DNA from: Anaerolineales bacterium
GTDB taxonomy: Bacteria; Chloroflexota; Anaerolineae; Anaerolineales; UBA11858
DNA: 64,000 nucleotides
Assembly: GCA_041686005.1 (NCBI GenBank)
Contig: JAWLER010000002.1
Span: 59,837-123,836 of the forward strand
Reading direction: 5' to 3'
Below are positions 9,821 through 19,863 of this stretch, piece after piece. The notes beneath the pieces are model-generated. The model saw only the letters and a program-made list of their open reading frames with translations, ran no database searches and was not told where the DNA came from. Every line of letters begins with the position of its first letter. The stretch's first letter is position 1. The translations under genes and the position numbers were made by a program.

Positions 9821-10069
9821 ATGGATTCAGGAATGATCGGGAAAATCCAGAAATCAAAACAATATGCCATGGAACGGGAGCGTATTCAGATTGACAGTTT
9901 GTCGGTTACCTTTGAGGGCACGAATAACTCCCATAAGGTATCTTATAAAAATGGAACCTGGCAGTGTGATTGTGATTTTTTCAAAACCCGGGGCCGGTGC
10001 AGCCATACCATGGCATTAGAACGTATTCTTGTGCAAGATGCGGATCTCACCTTTGCTGATCCCCAATAG
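9821..10069 (+). CDS. Small SWIM zinc-finger protein
   Basis: CDCDFFKTRGRCSH (CxCxnCxH); GGAGGTG RBS. Confidence 0.8.
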   Translation: MDSGMIGKIQKSKQYAMERERIQIDSLSVTFEGTNNSHKVSYKNGTWQCDCDFFKTRGRCSHTMALERILVQDADLTFADPQ

Positions 10070-10098
10070 AATCTGACTATCAGGATAATCGCCATGGT

Positions 10099-10133
10099 AC
10101 TCCGCAGGGCATGTCCTGCGGAGTTTTCTTTTT
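10099..10133 (+). terminator. Intrinsic terminator
   Basis: ACTCCGCAGG/CCTGCGGAGT stem plus T-tract. Confidence 0.75.
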
Positions 10134-10199
10134 AAGATCCCTTTCATCTCCTGTCCGATCGCTTGACTGTAAGGGTCGAAGGGGTATACAATGTCAGCG

Positions 10200-11570
10200 A
10201 TGAAGTACTATATTTGGACCTCCGGATGTCAAATGAACGTGGCTGACTCCCGCCGGGTGGCTTCGGCGTTGGAGCGGCTTGATTACCAACCCACCGACCG
10301 GGCGGAAACCGCGGATGTGATCGTGCTTAATACCTGCGTGGTGCGGGAGAGCGCGGAGGAAAGCGCCCGGGGGCGGATCGGGTCCCTGCGGAGGATCAAA
10401 GACAAAAACCCGGATGTGGTGATCAACGTCATGGGGTGTCTGGTGGGCGTGGGCGGTCATAGGGAATTAGAGGAGGAATATCCTTACGTGGATGTCTTCT
10501 CGCCGCCCTCGGACCCCGGACCGTTGATGGCTTACTTAACCCAGGATGAGGATAAGGCATATCAAAAAGAAGCCACATCGAGACGTTTTGCGTTCATGGA
10601 TGGGGATTTGGAACTGCCAGCAGCCGATCAATTGAAGCTGTTCTCCGCTTATGTCCCTATCGTTTTGGGTTGTTCCCACGCCTGCACATACTGTGTCATT
10701 CCCTTTCGACGGGGGATAGAGCGCAGCCGTCCACTCCAAGACGTGGTAAAAGAAGTCCAGGCCCTTGTTTCGCAAGGAGTCAAAGAAATCACCTTTTTGG
10801 GCCAAATTGTAGACCGCTACGGGCTGGATCTGCCCGATAAACCGAGCTTGAGCGATCTGTTGTGGGAGGTCCATGAGATCCAGGAATTGAAGCGGATTCG
10901 GTTTCTGACATCCCATCCCAGCTGGTTCAATGTGGAGTTAGTGGACACCGTGGCGGCCTTGCCCAAGGTCATGCCCTATATCGAAGTCCCCAACCAATCC
11001 GGGGATGACGAGATATTGGCGGCCATGAGGCGTGGATACACAGCAGATGAATATCGGTCTCTCATTCATCAAATCCGGGAGCGCATTCCCGATGTGGGGA
11101 TTGCCACCGATCTTATCGTTGGTTTCCCCGGGGAAACACGGGAGCAATTTCAACGCACATACGATCTTCTGGAAGAGCTGCGCTTGGATGTGGCACACAT
11201 CGCCCGCTATTCAGCGCGCCCCAAAACAGTCGCCAGTCGGAAAATGGAAGACGATGTCAGCGAAGAAGAAAAATGGTGGCGCTTCCGCAGGTTGGAGCGC
11301 CTTCAGGAAAAGATCGCGGGGGAGATCAACGCGGCCTACAAAGGTTCAACGGTGGAGGTCCTTTTTGAGGGCCGGGATAGAAAAGGGCGCTGGCGGGGGC
11401 GAACGCCGAACCATAAACTCGTTTTTGTGGAAAGCGATCAAGATGTGAGGGGGAAGACACTCCCGGTGAACGTCACATGGGCGGGGCCCTGGTCCATGCA
11501 GGGTCAGCTTATCGCCCAGGATAACCCTGAGATGCCAATTTATCCCACAAAAGAAGGGTTGAGATCCTGA
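10200..11570 (+). CDS. miaB: tRNA-2-methylthio-N6-dimethylallyladenosine synthase
   Basis: GCQMNVADS, NTCVVRE, radical SAM CSHACTYC, C-terminal TRAM domain; leaderless start after TTGACT..TACAAT. Confidence 0.92.
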   Translation: MKYYIWTSGCQMNVADSRRVASALERLDYQPTDRAETADVIVLNTCVVRESAEESARGRIGSLRRIKDKNPDVVINVMGCLVGVGGHRELEEEYPYVDVFSPPSDPGPLMAYLTQDEDKAYQKEATSRRFAFMDGDLELPAADQLKLFSAYVPIVLGCSHACTYCVIPFRRGIERSRPLQDVVKEVQALVSQGVKEITFLGQIVDRYGLDLPDKPSLSDLLWEVHEIQELKRIRFLTSHPSWFNVELVDTVAALPKVMPYIEVPNQSGDDEILAAMRRGYTADEYRSLIHQIRERIPDVGIATDLIVGFPGETREQFQRTYDLLEELRLDVAHIARYSARPKTVASRKMEDDVSEEEKWWRFRRLERLQEKIAGEINAAYKGSTVEVLFEGRDRKGRWRGRTPNHKLVFVESDQDVRGKTLPVNVTWAGPWSMQGQLIAQDNPEMPIYPTKEGLRS

Positions 11571-11599
11571 CTTAAGACCGTTCGCTGCGAAGGGAAGTT

Positions 11600-12058
11600 A
11601 TGGGCCATACGGATGTTGAAGGGATTGATCAGGAGTACCCGGAGCCCACGGTGGGAGGATTGGTGTTCAACGCTCAGGGCCAGCTGTTGATTGTCAAATC
11701 CCATAAATGGAAGGGCAAATACACCATCCCGGGGGGACATGTGGAGGTGGGAGAGCGCCTGGAAGATGCCCTGCGGCGGGAGGTCAAAGAGGAAACCGGT
11801 CTGGACGTGCACGACATCGCGTTCCTCTGTTTTCAAGAATATATCGGGGGGGACAGCTTTTGGGAGAAGCGCCATTTCATTTTTTTCGATTTTACCTGTC
11901 AGAGCGATGAAGTGGAGGTGGTCTTGAATGAGGAGGCGCAAGAATACCGCTGGCTGGATCCGCGGGAGGCCTTGCAGTATCCCATCGATGACTACCTGCG
12001 GTATTCCCTTCACGTCTACCTTGATCAGCAAGAGCGTGAAGGGCGGCGGGGTGGCTGA
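11600..12058 (+). CDS. NUDIX hydrolase
   Basis: Nudix box GGHVEVGERLEDALRREVKEETGL. Confidence 0.9.
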   Translation: MGHTDVEGIDQEYPEPTVGGLVFNAQGQLLIVKSHKWKGKYTIPGGHVEVGERLEDALRREVKEETGLDVHDIAFLCFQEYIGGDSFWEKRHFIFFDFTCQSDEVEVVLNEEAQEYRWLDPREALQYPIDDYLRYSLHVYLDQQEREGRRGG

Positions 12059-12211
12059 TCTCCCTCATGAGAGAGGTCCAGATCCACCTCTGGGTCTTTT
12101 ATGATCACGGCCGACGCTGTGAGTAAAATCGGTGCGCCATTGTACACTTCATCTATTTATGGGTACAATGAGGGCGATTGTCCATGAATTTCATTCACAA
12201 CTGAGGTTTGT

Positions 12212-12859
12212 ATGGCAAGAAAAACCTTGCTGAGATTCGTCTCCGCAGGGGCCCTTTTGTCCTTGGCTTTATCCGCCTGCAATCTGCCCCGGGAGACTGA
12301 CGTTCCCACCCAGGCTGGTGGGGCGCTTTACACTTCCGCAGCGCAGACCGTTTCCGCGCAGTTAACGCAGGCGGTCGGCGGTGACATTGACCCCATCAGA
12401 ACCGCGACACCGGAGCGGACACCCACCTCCAGCGGGGTGCCTGAGCCCACCACACCGGTCTCCCTGACATCCCCCACAGTCACGGAAGTGCCCTGTGATC
12501 GAGCAACTTTTATCAAGGATGTCAATTATCCGGATGGCGTCGATCTCTCCCCTGGAGAGGCGTTCAGGAAAACATGGCGATTGAAGAATATTGGTTCGTG
12601 CACCTGGACATCCGGGTATTCGCTGGTCTTTGATCAGGGGGATGCGATGAAGGGGCCGGCCTCGAAACGATTGGCGAGCGAGGATGTAGAGCCGGGGGAG
12701 ACGGTCGATGTCTCCGTTGATCTTCAGGCGCCGGAAGAAGCAGGGACATACCAGGGGTTTTGGAAACTGCGAAATCCCAGCGGTCAAGTCTTCGGCACCG
12801 GTGAGGATGGTTCCAAAGCCTTCTGGGTAAAAATTGATGTCGTTGAGGGCTCCGAATGA
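12212..12859 (+). CDS. Lipoprotein with NBR1-Ig-like (FW) domain
   Basis: LSAC lipobox, P/T linker, FIKDVNYPDG..FRKTWRLKNIGSCTW..YQGFWKL. Confidence 0.8.
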   Translation: MARKTLLRFVSAGALLSLALSACNLPRETDVPTQAGGALYTSAAQTVSAQLTQAVGGDIDPIRTATPERTPTSSGVPEPTTPVSLTSPTVTEVPCDRATFIKDVNYPDGVDLSPGEAFRKTWRLKNIGSCTWTSGYSLVFDQGDAMKGPASKRLASEDVEPGETVDVSVDLQAPEEAGTYQGFWKLRNPSGQVFGTGEDGSKAFWVKIDVVEGSE

Positions 12860-13089
12860 AGTGGGTGACCGCCATTGTCCTCAGCGAAAGTCAGACATTC
12901 ACGGAATATGGATCTTCAGGTTTCCCGGGGCGATAAAAAGGCAAAATACGAGGCTTGAGGATCAGATTCGCTATCTATCCTAAAATACGGTAGAATACTA
13001 AAGCCATCCATCATCGCGCGAGGTTTTCGCATAGCCTGTTCAATGGGTGATGTTGATTGGAGTGAAGAAATTGTGAAGGGGCTGAGCCT

Positions 13090-13857
13090 ATGAGTGAAAA
13101 AGAATCTGCAAAAGATGTGATCGATAAATACCGCAAACGCCAGGCAAAAACATGGCAGACGACGCTGCTTTTCATCGGTATCGTTTTGTTGATCATTTTA
13201 GGGGCGGCGTTTTTAATTTTTTGGTTGACGGGAGCGAAATTTGATCCCCGGGCTTTATTTGCCACTGACACCCCCACCCCTACCCAGACTTGGACCCCCA
13301 CCCCCGTTCCCCCCACGGCGACGATGACCCTGACCCCCACCGAAGCGCCGCCCACGGACACACCATCCCCCTCCTTGACCCCTACCAGGTCAGGCGCAGT
13401 GCTTTATGTCGTCCAAGAAGGGGACAGCCTGTATTCCATCGCGGAAAAATTCGATGTCGATTTGTTCACGCTGGTCGTCCGTAACCGGGAGCGGGAGGAT
13501 TTTGACCTTGATCCCGTGAACCCCAACATCTATGCGGGGGATGAGATTCTCATTCCGGCCCCCGACGACTTCATTCCCACACCGACTTCGGTGATCAACG
13601 CGCCCCGGGGCATGCCGGTGGATTATACGGTTCGACCGGGGGATTCCGTGGAGTTGATCGCCAGAAAACTCAACAGCACCGTTGAGGATATCCTCCGGCG
13701 AAACGAGTTCATCGAGGAAGAACAGGACGGCGTCATCTACACCGGTCAGGTCTTAAACGTGCGGGTCAACCTGGTTACCCCGGTTCCCACCGAGGAACCC
13801 CAGGACACGCCTCAAAAGACGCCGGGTTCGATCTCGACCCTGACACCTACACCCTAA
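13090..13857 (+). CDS. Membrane-anchored two-LysM-domain protein
   Basis: TM helix, P/T linker, YVVQEGDSLYSIAEKF and YTVRPGDSVELIA. Confidence 0.85.
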   Translation: MSEKESAKDVIDKYRKRQAKTWQTTLLFIGIVLLIILGAAFLIFWLTGAKFDPRALFATDTPTPTQTWTPTPVPPTATMTLTPTEAPPTDTPSPSLTPTRSGAVLYVVQEGDSLYSIAEKFDVDLFTLVVRNREREDFDLDPVNPNIYAGDEILIPAPDDFIPTPTSVINAPRGMPVDYTVRPGDSVELIARKLNSTVEDILRRNEFIEEEQDGVIYTGQVLNVRVNLVTPVPTEEPQDTPQKTPGSISTLTPTP

Positions 13858-13886
13858 GAATAAAGTTAACCCATCTAAACCATGAT

Positions 13887-13912
13887 AGCCGGGTGGACAC
13901 GCCCGGCTTTTT
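13887..13912 (+). terminator. Intrinsic terminator
   Basis: AGCCGGGTG/CGCCCGGCT stem plus TTTTT. Confidence 0.65.
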
Positions 13913-13914
13913 CC

Positions 13915-13980
13915 TTGACAGAAGGGTAGGGGATGGTAGAATGGTGTTTGGTAATTGATAATGATTATCAATATCAATTA
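13915..13980 (+). promoter_or_regulatory. Promoter with Fur/Zur-family operator
   Basis: TTGACA-16-TAGAAT (13915-13942); perfect palindrome TTGATAAT-G-ATTATCAA at 13955-13971. Confidence 0.82.
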
Positions 13981-14451
13981 ATGATCATGAAAAGAGAATC
14001 CCCTGAACAGCGACTCCAGACTTGGAAAGCCACCCTTAAAGCCCGCGGTTTTCGACTCACCGCGACCCGCCAGACGGTGATGAAAATTTTGGCGGAAAGA
14101 CAGAAAGCCCTCACCGCCCAGGAGATATACGATTCAGCCCGGGACCAGGGTCATGGCGTGGGCATCGCCAGTGTGTATCGCACCCTGGAAATCCTGGATG
14201 AACTGGCTTTGATCCAACAAATACATCAAGGGGAAGGTTGTCATGCCTATGGGCCAGCCCTCAGCGGGCATAAGCATTTCTTGATCTGCACCGAATGCGG
14301 CCGGATGGTGGCTTTTTCAGGCATGGAAGAGGTGGAAGCCCTCTTGCAGGAAGTGGAGGACCGGAGCGGGTATGAAGTCAAAGGACATTGGCTACAGTTG
14401 TTTGGGTTATGTCAGGATTGCCGGGCAAAAGGGTCCCAGCCTGAATCATAA
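13981..14451 (+). CDS. Fur-family regulator (probably Zur)
   Basis: RLTATRQ, IASVYRTL, HKHFLICTECG, CQDC; first gene of the metal ABC operon. Confidence 0.85.
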   Translation: MIMKRESPEQRLQTWKATLKARGFRLTATRQTVMKILAERQKALTAQEIYDSARDQGHGVGIASVYRTLEILDELALIQQIHQGEGCHAYGPALSGHKHFLICTECGRMVAFSGMEEVEALLQEVEDRSGYEVKGHWLQLFGLCQDCRAKGSQPES

Positions 14452-14463
14452 GGAGCATTTTTA

Positions 14464-15444
14464 ATGGTGTTTCAACGAAAAGTACATATCTCAGTTTATT
14501 GGTTGCTCCTCTTCACTGGCTTCTTTGTGTTCTCAGTGATAGGCTGCGCTCCGCGAACGGGGGCGGTACAAAAGGATGTGGAAGATAAAGAAGGGGGTCG
14601 CCTGCGCGTGGTGGCTACCACGAATATCGTCGGGGATGTGGTCGGTGAAGTGGGAGGGGCGTGGATTGATTTGACAGTCCTGCTCCCCCCCGGTTCCAAT
14701 CCCCATGCCTACCAGCCCGCGCCCCGGGATATGTCCGCGGTTTCGGAAGCGGACGTGATCTTTGCCAATGGTTTGAAATTAGAGACCTTTTTGGAAGACA
14801 TCCTTGCCAGTGCAGGAGGTGAGGCGAAGGTCGTCATCGTCTCGGAGGGCGTGGAGGTGCGGGTCTTTAACGAAAAGCATGAGGAGGGAGAGGGAACAGC
14901 GGATCATGACCTGAAAAATCCGGATCCCCACGTCTGGTTTGATCCTCGGAATGTGATCATCTGGACGGAAAATATCGAGAGCGCCTTGGCAGCACTTGAC
15001 CCGGCCCACAGCGGCACTTATCGGAGGCGGTCTGACGCATACCGGGAGCAACTGCGTGAGCTCGATGAGTGGATCGCAGACCAGGTCGCGAAGATCCCGG
15101 AGGAGAACCGGGAGCTGGTCACCGATCACACCGCCTTCGGATATTTTGCGAACCGGTACGGCTTTGAACAGGTCGGGGCGGTCGTCCCGGCGCCGACCAC
15201 TGAAGCGCAGCCCTCCGGGAAGCAGTTGGCGCAGCTCGAAGAGAAGATCCAGGCATACGATGTCCAAGCCATCTTTGTGGGCAGGGATTTCGACCCCGCG
15301 CTCTCCGCGAGGGTAGCGGAAGACACCGGGGTACAATTGGTCCCCCTTCATTTTGGATCTTTGACGCCGCCGGATGGGGAGGCGCCCACGTATCTTACAT
15401 ACATGCGTGAGAACGTCCGCGCCATTGTCAAGGCTCTGCGTTGA
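14464..15444 (+). CDS. Zn/Mn ABC transporter substrate-binding lipoprotein (ZnuA-like)
   Basis: NPHAYQP, DPHVWFDP, TDHTAFGYFA. Confidence 0.9.
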   Translation: MVFQRKVHISVYWLLLFTGFFVFSVIGCAPRTGAVQKDVEDKEGGRLRVVATTNIVGDVVGEVGGAWIDLTVLLPPGSNPHAYQPAPRDMSAVSEADVIFANGLKLETFLEDILASAGGEAKVVIVSEGVEVRVFNEKHEEGEGTADHDLKNPDPHVWFDPRNVIIWTENIESALAALDPAHSGTYRRRSDAYREQLRELDEWIADQVAKIPEENRELVTDHTAFGYFANRYGFEQVGAVVPAPTTEAQPSGKQLAQLEEKIQAYDVQAIFVGRDFDPALSARVAEDTGVQLVPLHFGSLTPPDGEAPTYLTYMRENVRAIVKALR

Positions 15445-15541
15445 CGGGATCGCCCCCCCATAAGCTGCTTCCGTTGAGCGCCCGGGGCCAGGATCGATTC
15501 GTGTAAATTTTTAGGGATGTAGACAAAAAGAGGTTGGGCCA

Positions 15542-16393
15542 ATGGTTGATGTATTGCGAAGGTTTCGTCAGGGATCGTTGGGCCGTCACTATGCGGCTCA
15601 TCAACCCGATGCCCCCATCCTGGCTCTCGAAAACGTTTCCGTGGACTATGAGAACAGCGCTGCCCTGGATCAGGTCACCTTTGATCTCCAGGCAGGGGAA
15701 CGGGTGGCGGTTGTGGGACCGAACGGGGCCGGGAAAAGCACCTTATTTAAAGTGATCGCGGGTGTGATCCATCCTGACGAGGGGATCGTGCAAATTTACG
15801 GGCATGAGCCGGGAGGGCATGTTTGTATCTCCTACATACCTCAACGCAGCCAGGTGGATTGGCGTTTTCCCGTCACGGTGGCGGATGTGGTCATGATGGG
15901 GAGGATCAGCAAAATCGGCCCCTTGCGCATCCCCTCGCCGGCAGATTGGCAAGAAGTGGAAAAGGCCCTCCACTTGGTGGGTTTGTCTGACCTGTCAGGG
16001 CGACAAATTGGAGAATTGTCCGGAGGGCAGCAGCAACGCATGTTTATCGCCCGCTCTTTGGCTCAGGAGGCGAAGCTGATGCTGATGGATGAACCCCTGA
16101 CCGGCTTGGACGTGCCTTCCCGGGAGAGCGTCATGGGCGCCTTGGATACGTTGACCGAGAATGAGGTCACGTTGATGGTTTCCATGCATGATCTCCAACT
16201 GGCGTCAGAAAAATACGACCGGATTATGTTGCTCAACAAACACATGATCGCGATGGGTTCCCCAGAAGAGGTTTTCAAAAAGGAATATCTCTCTGAGGCT
16301 TATGAGGGGCGGATCCATTTCATAGAAGGGGAAACGGGGGAGATGGCCCTGGAGGACAGCTGTTGTGAAGGAGATCGAAATGGAATGGCTTGA
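15542..16393 (+). CDS. Zn/Mn ABC transporter ATP-binding protein (ZnuC-like)
   Basis: GPNGAGKST, LSGGQQQR, DEPLTGLD. Confidence 0.9.
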   Translation: MVDVLRRFRQGSLGRHYAAHQPDAPILALENVSVDYENSAALDQVTFDLQAGERVAVVGPNGAGKSTLFKVIAGVIHPDEGIVQIYGHEPGGHVCISYIPQRSQVDWRFPVTVADVVMMGRISKIGPLRIPSPADWQEVEKALHLVGLSDLSGRQIGELSGGQQQRMFIARSLAQEAKLMLMDEPLTGLDVPSRESVMGALDTLTENEVTLMVSMHDLQLASEKYDRIMLLNKHMIAMGSPEEVFKKEYLSEAYEGRIHFIEGETGEMALEDSCCEGDRNGMA

Positions 16394-17231
16394 GATTATC
16401 TTGGAACCCTTCCGGTATCCCTTCATGGTCCGGGGTCTGATTGCCAGCGTGTTGGCTGGAGTGGTGAGTGCCACTGTAGGGACCTATGTGGTGCTGCGGG
16501 GGATGGCCTTCTTTGGATCCGCCCTGGCCCATTCCATCCTCCCCGGTGTGGCGGTGGGTTACCTGCTCACCGGCGGGGCGAAAACCCCACTGTTTTGGTG
16601 GGGCACAGGGACGGCGATCGCGGCTTCCTTGGGCATCGGTGCCATCAGCAGAGGGGCGAAGATCAAAGAGGACACAGCCATCTCGATCATCTTTTCAGGG
16701 ATGTTTGCCCTGGGCATCGCCATCATTTCCACGGTCCAGAGTTATACTGTGGATTTGACCCATTTCCTCTTCGGCGACGTCCTGGGCGTTTCCACCCGCC
16801 AGGTGTGGTTGATCGCGGTCTTCGGCGCCTTGATTGTGTTCCTGGTATTGGCGTTTTACAAAGAGTTTTTGGTACTCACTTTTGATCCTGTGCTCGCCAC
16901 CACCTTACGCATCCCGAGGGGGTTTTTTGAATATTTCCAGTTGGTGCTCATCGCTTTGACCATCGCCGTATCTTTGCAAACGGTAGGGGTGGCATTGATG
17001 GTGGCTATGTTGGTCACCCCGGCTGCTTCTGCCTACCTTTTGACCCGGCGCTTGCCGGTGATGATGGCCCTGGGCGCGGCCTTGGCGTCCATTTCAGGGG
17101 TGGTGGGTCTGTATGTTTCCTATTACTTAAATGTGGCTTCCGGCCCAGCGATCGTCCTCACTGCGACCGCTTTTTTTGGGCTGAGTTGGGTCGTTCGCAC
17201 TGTCCGCAGCCGGGCTAACAAAGGGGCATGA
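16380..17231 (+). CDS. Zn/Mn ABC transporter permease (ZnuB-like)
   Basis: ALAHSILPG, KEDTAI, FLFGDVLG; multiple TM helices. Confidence 0.9.
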   Translation: MEWLEIILEPFRYPFMVRGLIASVLAGVVSATVGTYVVLRGMAFFGSALAHSILPGVAVGYLLTGGAKTPLFWWGTGTAIAASLGIGAISRGAKIKEDTAISIIFSGMFALGIAIISTVQSYTVDLTHFLFGDVLGVSTRQVWLIAVFGALIVFLVLAFYKEFLVLTFDPVLATTLRIPRGFFEYFQLVLIALTIAVSLQTVGVALMVAMLVTPAASAYLLTRRLPVMMALGAALASISGVVGLYVSYYLNVASGPAIVLTATAFFGLSWVVRTVRSRANKGA

Positions 17232-17246
17232 AATTCGATAGGGGAA

Positions 17247-18380
17247 TCAGCCCCACCGTTGTAGAGCCCGTTCTATTTCCCCTTTGACGTAGGGATCCTC
17301 TTCGCCGGAAGGCGCTTCTTGGAGCGCCTGTTGAGCGCCTTCCCCTCCCAATTGCCCCAGCGCCCAGGCAGCGTGCCCCCGCACCAAGGGTTCCGGATCA
17401 TGGAGGGCACCGGTGAGGGCGGGCACTGAGTCGTTTTCCCCCTCATTTCCCAGCGCGACAGCGACATTCCGCACATATCCGCGGCGCTTGGCCCGTTTCA
17501 CGGGGCTGCCTTTAAAGGTCTCCCGGAAAGCTTCCTCTGAAAGCGAGATCTCATCCCGAAGCTTGACCCGGGTGGTTTCCGGTCGGGGGCGTAAGGTTTC
17601 GATGATGTCCCTCTTCTTAGGGGGTTTCTGGTTCCAGGGGCAGACTTGCTGGCAGATGTCGCAGCCGAAGATCCATTGATCCATCTTAGGGCGCAGTTCC
17701 GGGGGGATAGGCCCTTTCCGTTCGATGGTCAAATAGGAGAGGCACAGGTTGGCGTCCAGGAGGTATGGTTCTTTAAGGCTGCCGGTGGGACAGGCGTCCA
17801 GGCAGCGGGTGCAGGTCCCGCAGTGTTCTTCCTCGAAGGGGGCATCGGGTTCCAGGGTGATACCCAAGAACAATTCTGCCAGGAAGAAAAAAGACCCCCA
17901 TCGGGGGTTGATGAGGGTCGTGTTCTTGCCAAACCATCCCAACCCCGCACGCCGGGCGAGTTCGCGTTCCAGGATGGGGCCGGTGTCCGTGTAGATGCGA
18001 TTGGGTACCGGTTTTCCGACCTGGTCTTCGAGAAATCGGACCAGTCCTCGCATTTTTTCGGGCAGCACATCGTGATAGTCTTTGTTCCAAGCGTAAGAGG
18101 AGATTTTGCCGTCCCCTTTCCTATCCTTTGGATTCGGGTAAGGCATGCCTAAGACGAGGATGGATTGGCATCCGGGGAGGATTTCCATGGGGTCAGATCG
18201 CCGCTGGAGGGCCCGTTCTGTGGCCATCCAATCCATGTCAGCATGATACCCTTTGGATATCCAATCCCGGTAGAAATCGACATGGTCAGGGGGATCGGGC
18301 AGGGTCACCCCCACCAGCGGGAACCCTGCTCGTCTGGCTTCTTCTTTTAAGGCTCGGGTGAGTTTTTTGCGTTCTTTCAT
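17247..18380 (-). CDS. queG: Epoxyqueuosine reductase
   Basis: DYHDVL, DTGPILERELA, CGTCTRCLDACPT, FGCDICQQVCPWN; C-terminal HEAT repeats. Confidence 0.93.
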   Translation of the reverse strand: MKERKKLTRALKEEARRAGFPLVGVTLPDPPDHVDFYRDWISKGYHADMDWMATERALQRRSDPMEILPGCQSILVLGMPYPNPKDRKGDGKISSYAWNKDYHDVLPEKMRGLVRFLEDQVGKPVPNRIYTDTGPILERELARRAGLGWFGKNTTLINPRWGSFFFLAELFLGITLEPDAPFEEEHCGTCTRCLDACPTGSLKEPYLLDANLCLSYLTIERKGPIPPELRPKMDQWIFGCDICQQVCPWNQKPPKKRDIIETLRPRPETTRVKLRDEISLSEEAFRETFKGSPVKRAKRRGYVRNVAVALGNEGENDSVPALTGALHDPEPLVRGHAAWALGQLGGEGAQQALQEAPSGEEDPYVKGEIERALQRWG

Positions 18381-18385
18381 AGGCG

Positions 18386-19711
18386 TCAGGGCATCCACTG
18401 CGGGTCGAAGGCGTTGATGACCAAACGGTAGTTGTCTGCGCCGTCGACCGCAATCAACCAAAGTTCAGGGCTTTCTGTAAGTTGGGCCTGGTTATAGCGC
18501 ACATACGCCAGCTGCTCCCCGTCCGGGTGCCATGCAAACGCCGTGTGGTGGTAATCCCCCGCATTTGTGAGCGGGTTTGCATCCTCTTCTCCCCTTTCCA
18601 TGATCCATAACTGTCTGCCCGGACTCCACTCTTCGGGCAGGAGAGATTTACGCCCGAAGGCCAGAAGCCCCTCCGGTGAGTAGGAGGGTGTGGCGTCTTC
18701 TAGAAAGGGATCTTGCGTGAGGTCCGTTTTGGACCCGGACTGGACCTGATATTTGAAGAGATGGCGGAAGGCGAGGTTTTCGTTGATGTCCAGGATTTCA
18801 GTGGTCACAAATGCGGTACCCTCCGGTGACCATGTACCTTGACCGCCCGTGTCATTGGCGAAAGCGATCACTTCCCCTTCTTGGGGATGCAGAAATTTAT
18901 AAGCCTGGTCGGAGCGGTCATAGAATGCCAGCCAACCCTGAGGGGACCACACCGGGTTCTCAAGGTGGTGATTCGTTTCCAGGAGTGGTTCCGTCTTCCG
19001 GGTGGGCACCGTAAGAAGGTAGATTTCAGGGTTGTGATCGGGGCTTTGTGGGATGCGCTGGTAGGCGATCCACTCCCCGTCAGGTGAGACCTGAGGATCC
19101 CTGCACAGGGCATCGGCGCAGATGAGGATAACGTCGCTCTCCCCGTTCAGGCGGTTCAGCGCGTATATCCCACTGCTTCCATCTTCATCTATCGTGCTGT
19201 AATAGATGGTCAACCCGTCGGGGCTGATGTCATAATCTAAGACGCCGTTGGGGTGACGCGTTAAGGGCCTCGTTTCCCCGTTTTCCAGGTTCAAGCTGTA
19301 GATATTGCTCTCATTGTCCGCAGGGTAGAGATAGGTAAGCAGATAAGGGCTGATTTCCAGCTGCCATGTTTGCGGGTTGAGGAGCGGCAGATGGATGGTG
19401 GACCGCGCCCCGGAGGAAACCTGTATGGTGAGTATGGTGTCGCTGGGCCAGGCTTCGCGGGGGGTAAAAGTAAGGGTTTGCCGGGACTCGTCCCACCCAA
19501 ATTCGCCTTTCTGGAGAGGTTGAGTGGCGAGAGCCTGTTCCACACTGTCCGGGTCCATGGGTCTTGTGAAGGTGATCTGGATGGGTTGCCGCCCATGGAG
19601 AGGTTCTAGGAGAGGTTGAACGCCCTTTACCCGGGGAGCATAAATCCAGCCCATGACCAGCAGGAGGAGGAGCGCCAATCCCAAAAGCGGGAGGAGTCTT
19701 TTCCAGTCCAT
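18386..19711 (-). CDS. Ig-like (Big_5) plus TolB/PD40 beta-propeller protein
   Basis: N-terminal TM, ITFTRPMD..SVE Ig motif, repeated (W/I)SPDG. Confidence 0.7.
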   Translation of the reverse strand: MDWKRLLPLLGLALLLLLVMGWIYAPRVKGVQPLLEPLHGRQPIQITFTRPMDPDSVEQALATQPLQKGEFGWDESRQTLTFTPREAWPSDTILTIQVSSGARSTIHLPLLNPQTWQLEISPYLLTYLYPADNESNIYSLNLENGETRPLTRHPNGVLDYDISPDGLTIYYSTIDEDGSSGIYALNRLNGESDVILICADALCRDPQVSPDGEWIAYQRIPQSPDHNPEIYLLTVPTRKTEPLLETNHHLENPVWSPQGWLAFYDRSDQAYKFLHPQEGEVIAFANDTGGQGTWSPEGTAFVTTEILDINENLAFRHLFKYQVQSGSKTDLTQDPFLEDATPSYSPEGLLAFGRKSLLPEEWSPGRQLWIMERGEEDANPLTNAGDYHHTAFAWHPDGEQLAYVRYNQAQLTESPELWLIAVDGADNYRLVINAFDPQWMP

Positions 19712-19863
19712 GTCGGATATTATAAACTACAACGGCGGTCCCAATGCCGGGGAAGGGCGGGTAGCCTGCTTCTCCTCGGTATCGGTCACCCACCTGGAGA
19801 CCTAATAAAAAGGAAAGCTCCTTTCATATCTACTCTCTGACCCTTCATGGTAGAATGTCCCTC

